NCBI GenBank assembly: GCA_965116925.1
Contig: OZ220744.1
Location: 1,376,001-1,440,000, forward strand
Length of the DNA stretch: 64,000 bases
Source: Candidatus Poribacteria bacterium
Lineage (GTDB): Bacteria; Poribacteria; WGA-4E; PCPOR2b
Direction of reading: 5' to 3'
The notes beneath the pieces were generated by a model, which searched no databases, had not been told where the DNA came from, and was given only the letters and a program-made list of their open reading frames with translations. A program made the translations under genes and the position numbers. This document shows, piece after piece, positions 58,937 through 64,000 of this stretch; the first letter of the stretch is position 1, and each line of letters opens with the position of its first letter.

Positions 58937-60238
58937 TTACTCCACTTCGGAGAGGAGTCGTCTCAACTCTCCCTTAACCAGCTCATGTGTTTCCGTCTGT
59001 TTTAGGTATTGATCAAGGTCGTATACCAACTGCGGATTGACCAATGCAGTCACTTTAATTTGCCTCATCAGCGGCTCTTTCCGAAGCAGCTGAACAATGC
59101 GCAGTCGATCTTCCGCGTTCGTAATTTTGCCGGAAATCAACGCTTTAATAAGCTGAGCGGTCAACCCCTTTGCTAGCTTCTGTTCCGCATGGATACGCAG
59201 TGCTTCAGAAGCCGCTTGCTTTGCAGGGTTATCGGCTGCGCCTGTGAGGACTTCGGTGAGGGGTACGACTGCTTGTGCATCTGGCTGATTTTGAAATGCT
59301 TGTGCCGCATAGGTCACGACCTGATCATCGGTGTCCTGAAGTGCTTTCAAAACTTTACTTGCCGGATAATCGCGAAGATGTATCATCGCACGTGCGGAGG
59401 CACGACGGACGTTCACATCATCGTCGTCCAACCCTTTAATAATTGCCGTTGAGTATTCATGCTTTCCGAGCCTGTAGAGAGTAACACTGATTTCCATCTT
59501 CACTCCGGCCTCCTCGGTATTGCTGTGGATTGTTTCCAAATCTTCAAGTCCCCGTGGTTCACCGATTCGTCCGATCAGGCGTACGAGTTCAATTTTCGCC
59601 TCTGTTGATGTGTCAGCATTCTGGATGGCATCAACCATTAAGCCAAGCCCATCACTGCCAATTTGATACATCATCTCTACGATGTCACCACGCAGGCTTA
59701 GAAAATCAGCTTGACCTAAGGCACTAATCAGCACAGGGAGTGCATCTACGCCCTTGGCGATGACCACCTGCATCGCATCTTTCTGAAGGCGAGAACGTCT
59801 AACCAAAATTTGAAGGAGGTATTCAATTTCGTCATTTCCTAACGCAGCTAACCGCTGTGTACGTTCTCTTTCAAACTCAGTTTCCAATCCTTGTGCTTTT
59901 GCAGCTCCTGTTGAGAGACCGTGTGTATATGCGAGAACTAACAATACACGAGGCGGAGCCTTGTCTAGCTCATCCATTTCGGCTTGTTTCAGATGCTTAA
60001 CCGCGTCAATGGCAAGCCCCGAATTTAGCAGTTGCTGCCGTCCAACTTTCAAGTGGTCAATTTGTTGTTTCGGTTCACAACCAGTTAGCAAGATTAACAA
60101 TGTTAGCCCGGTACAAAGCATCATTCTGATTGAAATAAAGGATTTAGGAATCGTTCTAATCGAGAGATCCTTTGCACCATTCAAGATGGGAGAATCTGCT
60201 TGAGGAGTAGCGGGCATTGTGGTTACATGTTTTTTCAT
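58937..60238 (-). CDS. HEAT-repeat protein, probable lipoprotein
   Basis: LTGC lipobox and L.D.D..VR..A repeats; start position uncertain. Confidence 0.78.
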   Translation of the reverse strand: MKKHVTTMPATPQADSPILNGAKDLSIRTIPKSFISIRMMLCTGLTLLILLTGCEPKQQIDHLKVGRQQLLNSGLAIDAVKHLKQAEMDELDKAPPRVLLVLAYTHGLSTGAAKAQGLETEFERERTQRLAALGNDEIEYLLQILVRRSRLQKDAMQVVIAKGVDALPVLISALGQADFLSLRGDIVEMMYQIGSDGLGLMVDAIQNADTSTEAKIELVRLIGRIGEPRGLEDLETIHSNTEEAGVKMEISVTLYRLGKHEYSTAIIKGLDDDDVNVRRASARAMIHLRDYPASKVLKALQDTDDQVVTYAAQAFQNQPDAQAVVPLTEVLTGAADNPAKQAASEALRIHAEQKLAKGLTAQLIKALISGKITNAEDRLRIVQLLRKEPLMRQIKVTALVNPQLVYDLDQYLKQTETHELVKGELRRLLSEVE

Positions 60239-60504
60239 AAAATTTAGTTCTCCTGATTTCTTAATAGTTTCTTTACGATGATGTTCTAGCACTGACATCA
60301 CCATATAATATACAGTTGGCTTGCCCCCAAAGATACGGGCAGCTCACAGATAAGATACGGAAAAAGTGATTGTAACAGGGAGATGTTACAAGATTATGGT
60401 AATTTCGTTAGATTTTTGTATCATGGGTGTCAATCAGCAACCATTTAGTAGAAAGCACTCCATGTCATAATTCAGCGAATACGTTAAGAGCTCAGAGGCA
60501 CTAT

Positions 60505-63500
60505 CTAAAACCGCTGTTCTAGCTTGAGGTCTACGCCGTATTTTCCACGCTCATTCCGTTCTCCTTTGATATAAAAGTGTCGGTTAATTTGATATTCGAC
60601 CTCAATGCGAGGTTCTGTGTGAAGTTGGAAGGTAGAAGAGTAAGTCAACGAAAGGCGATCTGAGAGTTCTTTTGTCAAAAGGAACCGCGACTGTTCAAGA
60701 TTGTCTGGACTCAAATCGACATGGGTTTTGCTAAACCCCATTGCTTTTGCGAACCGGTTACCTAGATACCCTTGAACGAGATCGGCTGGCGTATAGGCTT
60801 CAGAATCAAGCAGATCAACTCCACCGACAGTCAAAATAGAAAAGATTTGGGGTTGGGTCAAATCATATTTTTCGTTGGCACCTCTTCTAAGAATTTCCGC
60901 TTCAAATACCGGATTATGTTTATCCTTGAGATAGCCATTCAACTGCATAACAACTCTGAGGTCCCTCGTATGGAATTCTCCGTTTGTAGCTGGAACTTGA
61001 ACACCCCGAATTGGTTCAACCGTCTCAGCGGTAATTTCATACCATGGGTTAAAGTCTAGGGTATTTTTGTTTTCTACATAAGAGCCTTCCCGAATCTCGA
61101 ATTGATGCCCTCCAGAAAGGGACAGCTCGCCTTCTAACAGATCCACCCGTCCGCTAAAAATAGGTTTTTGAATTGGTCCAACAAGTTCACCGTTGATAGA
61201 TGTTTCGATTTCAATTTCTCCGATATATGTTACAACTTCCCCTAGATTTGATTCCACCAAAAAATTGTTAGGGGCGGTGACATCCAGATCTAGCTGAAGA
61301 TCGCGCACGATTGGGTAATCAAACCAGACCTCAAACTGTACCTCTGCTGTCTTATCAACCAGATCCTGAATTAACTGCCTCCAGTCTTGCTCGTATAGCC
61401 CTCTTTTGACCCGAATCGAGCCCCTTAACGCGGGAAGTTTGAGATTTCCATCTGTCGTAATATTCCCTTTCATCTGTACGTTGACACTCTGGCACTCAAG
61501 CTGGTAAAGTCCGGGTTTTTCAAATATGGTTCCTTCGCTCAATTCTGCAACGACATCTATATATTGCACATCGAACCAGTCGGATTGTATCATACCGTTA
61601 ATTTCAAAGGTGCCGCCATTCATATCCCCTGTAACGCGCTGGATATTCACACCTTTCTCAGTCAAATTGAGATGTGCTGTTCCATTTGCTAAACTGATGT
61701 GTGAGTTCGGCAGCTCGAACGCAAACCCTTTCAAAGTTGTAGATCCTTTAAGCATGGGTGAATCAAACTGACCGCCAAGCGTGGCGTTAACGACACCCAT
61801 GCCTTCGGTAAAGGCAAATTGCGGAAAAATAAGGGATAAAAATTCTAGATCTTCGATAGCTATATCTAATCCACCCTCAATCTCCTCTGACAACGGTTCT
61901 GCTTTGAATTCTAAGAAAGACAGGTGAAATGGAATTAATACGGACAGGGCGGCACGATTTTTTCCAATAGATAGATGGGCATCACTGCCTTGCTTGCCAC
62001 TAATTCGGATCTTTCGATCCTCGTACCTGATATTCCCTGTAAATTGATCAACCTCTGCTTGATTTATCCGCAGTTCAGGGGTTTCCCACGTAAAGGAGAT
62101 TCTCGGTTCCGCATCCGTTCCACGTATATCAAGCGAGGAATTCAGGGAGCCACGGATGGCATAGGCGTCAGGAAGGAAGCCCGAAATAAAGCCGAGATCC
62201 AGATTATTCATTTCAACGTGAAAAAGCAACTTTTTCCCAAGTTCCCAACTTCCAAATCCCATCACCCGAAGGCGCTTTGCGTCGTCTACCGTTGGCTCTT
62301 GATCCTCCAAGCTGAATCCGTTTTCTAAGCTGAGTTTTTGGTTTGCAAGTTGGATTTCAATTGGGCTAGGGTTACGGATCTTATAGCCTAAGCCTTCGAT
62401 CAGAACATTCTGAATATTTAGCTGACCTGTTACATATTTTATCATATTTGGTGGGTTGAATGGCTTAATGAGTTGTGGAATCCACGCGGTTTCGCCGGGG
62501 ATGAGAAACTGATTTATTGGAATTTTCAAGCTGGCTTCCGCCGTAATATATCCATTCAAGACTTCGGTGGGCTTCACCTCTGTCCCAATTGCTTCGGGAT
62601 TTAAAACCCTGGAGACAGTAGGATTAAGGAACCGTGACTGATCCCCGATAAAATCAGCAATTCTTGCTTTATGGGCTGTGAATCGACTAATTTCAAAATC
62701 GGTTGCGATGATCCCCTCCAACGCGCAGTTGATTTCCGCGGTATACTCTCCTTGACCTACCTGAAAACTGAGTGTGCTAATACGAATTTGCCCCTTATCT
62801 GCCTTCAATTCAAACGTCCCATTTGAAATAGGCATATCAAATTTTGCCAACTTCAGCGTACCCTGTTGCGCCGAAAATGTTCCTTGCGGATAAGGCGACT
62901 TTGTTGTTCCTTGTATTCTAAGATCTATGTCAGCAATACCATCGGCATATTCGATCAACGGATAAAATAGTAAGCCTAGGGGTGCCAAGGAAATTTGTTG
63001 TCCTTGGAGTTTCAAGTCAATGGGCAGATCTAGGAATCGGTCCTCAAGAGCTAGTGGTTGAAAGGCGAGATTAATCGGGATCGTGCCAGACATTTCCAAC
63101 TGTTTGCTTACTCCAACAATCCGTTGGGTATTCTGGATGGAAAGCAGTTGTTCCTGATAGTCTGCCCTGCCACTATCTTTAATATTGGCATTTCCAATGT
63201 GACCGTCTGACTCCCATTTTGCGGTTATGATTGGATTCGCAATATTACCACGAATACCGATGTGGCTCGTCAGAAAACCATCAAACTGAAGGAAAGATTG
63301 ATCGAGTAGTGTTAGGGTTATCGCGGGTACGAGTACGCCGTAGGGCAGCTGATCTAATCCTAAACTGAGATCCACATTTCCATCAAGGTCTATGGCACCT
63401 GCGGCGTTGACCCAAGCAGTATTTCCCGCACCCAATTGGGTTTTCGGAAGTGTGAGTTTCCCATCCGCAAAGTGAAACTGAATCTCATCTATATTTCTCA

Positions 63501-64000
63501 TCTCACGGTTGCTTACCTTGATATGCAATTTATCGCACATGAGGGTTGCCGACATTTGGTTAGGATGGTAGCCATTGCCCTTTAGGTCTAGCATTACATT
63601 AGCTTGGCTTTCGATACCGGGGAATTGACGTTTCATTATGTAACTTAGAGGCGTGACAAGATTTACATCTACCCCATTGACGTGCAGTTGAAAGTGGCCG
63701 AAGTCGTTTTGTTCCAAAATCTCTATAATTGAAGTCAGGGGTAAGGCTTCGTCCGTTTTAGGCAAACTCCACTCCCCCGATGCCTGATATTGTCCGCCAT
63801 CGAACAGCCAATCCGCTGATTTCAGATTCATTGTGATCAAGTCGGGTGATGCTTTCTGCCCAACCGAGACCTGAAGCGCAACTTTTAAGTCTTCGATAGG
63901 TTGGGGCAGATCCAGGAGTTGCAGCGTCTTTTGTGTTGCATCAATTGAAGCGGTCAATTCTGGTTGAGCCAGATTACCGGTAATCTGTGCCTCTAGATCG
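60505..64000 (-). CDS. tamB: TamB (DUF490) translocation-assembly protein, 3' part; begins beyond the window
   Basis: Repeated G....P...G beta units and C-terminal VEYQI...YGVDLKLEQRF; upstream of Omp85. Confidence 0.85.
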   Translation of the reverse strand, partial: DLEAQITGNLAQPELTASIDATQKTLQLLDLPQPIEDLKVALQVSVGQKASPDLITMNLKSADWLFDGGQYQASGEWSLPKTDEALPLTSIIEILEQNDFGHFQLHVNGVDVNLVTPLSYIMKRQFPGIESQANVMLDLKGNGYHPNQMSATLMCDKLHIKVSNREMRNIDEIQFHFADGKLTLPKTQLGAGNTAWVNAAGAIDLDGNVDLSLGLDQLPYGVLVPAITLTLLDQSFLQFDGFLTSHIGIRGNIANPIITAKWESDGHIGNANIKDSGRADYQEQLLSIQNTQRIVGVSKQLEMSGTIPINLAFQPLALEDRFLDLPIDLKLQGQQISLAPLGLLFYPLIEYADGIADIDLRIQGTTKSPYPQGTFSAQQGTLKLAKFDMPISNGTFELKADKGQIRISTLSFQVGQGEYTAEINCALEGIIATDFEISRFTAHKARIADFIGDQSRFLNPTVSRVLNPEAIGTEVKPTEVLNGYITAEASLKIPINQFLIPGETAWIPQLIKPFNPPNMIKYVTGQLNIQNVLIEGLGYKIRNPSPIEIQLANQKLSLENGFSLEDQEPTVDDAKRLRVMGFGSWELGKKLLFHVEMNNLDLGFISGFLPDAYAIRGSLNSSLDIRGTDAEPRISFTWETPELRINQAEVDQFTGNIRYEDRKIRISGKQGSDAHLSIGKNRAALSVLIPFHLSFLEFKAEPLSEEIEGGLDIAIEDLEFLSLIFPQFAFTEGMGVVNATLGGQFDSPMLKGSTTLKGFAFELPNSHISLANGTAHLNLTEKGVNIQRVTGDMNGGTFEINGMIQSDWFDVQYIDVVAELSEGTIFEKPGLYQLECQSVNVQMKGNITTDGNLKLPALRGSIRVKRGLYEQDWRQLIQDLVDKTAEVQFEVWFDYPIVRDLQLDLDVTAPNNFLVESNLGEVVTYIGEIEIETSINGELVGPIQKPIFSGRVDLLEGELSLSGGHQFEIREGSYVENKNTLDFNPWYEITAETVEPIRGVQVPATNGEFHTRDLRVVMQLNGYLKDKHNPVFEAEILRRGANEKYDLTQPQIFSILTVGGVDLLDSEAYTPADLVQGYLGNRFAKAMGFSKTHVDLSPDNLEQSRFLLTKELSDRLSLTYSSTFQLHTEPRIEVEYQINRHFYIKGERNERGKYGVDLKLEQRF

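Overview
64 kb of bacterial chromosome. The gene content suggests Ca. Poribacteria, but this is an inference from five PhyH dioxygenases, three Gfo/Idh/MocA oxidoreductases, dockerin+FlgD-like tails, a Kelch protein with a GKxxxxWGxLK tail and an archaeal-type PoK/PPS pair. I found no rRNA, tRNA or CRISPR array. Main observations: (1) A ~9.6 kb metal-handling island (24653-34266) contains two copies of a ~575 bp cassette. Each copy has a promoter, a His/Cys-rich leader ORF ending in the ribosome-arrest motif RAPP, a spacer, an RBS and a signal-peptide start. One copy heads a ZrgABCD-like ABC/DUF3299 operon and the other a TonB-dependent receptor. (2) An IS630-family element and its MITE insert into the loops of GTAG-type REP hairpins. 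The MITEs carry such hairpins themselves, giving nested insertions at 35796-36203 and 54326-55919. (3) An uncharacterised four-gene DUF6754-type membrane operon sits behind a consensus promoter. (4) Also present are an orphan fused double DNA methyltransferase, a toxin-antitoxin islet between speD and the other polyamine genes, archaeal-type CoA-precursor genes, and small palindromes apparently inserted in frame in coding genes. All product calls come from motif recognition by eye; no database searches were run.
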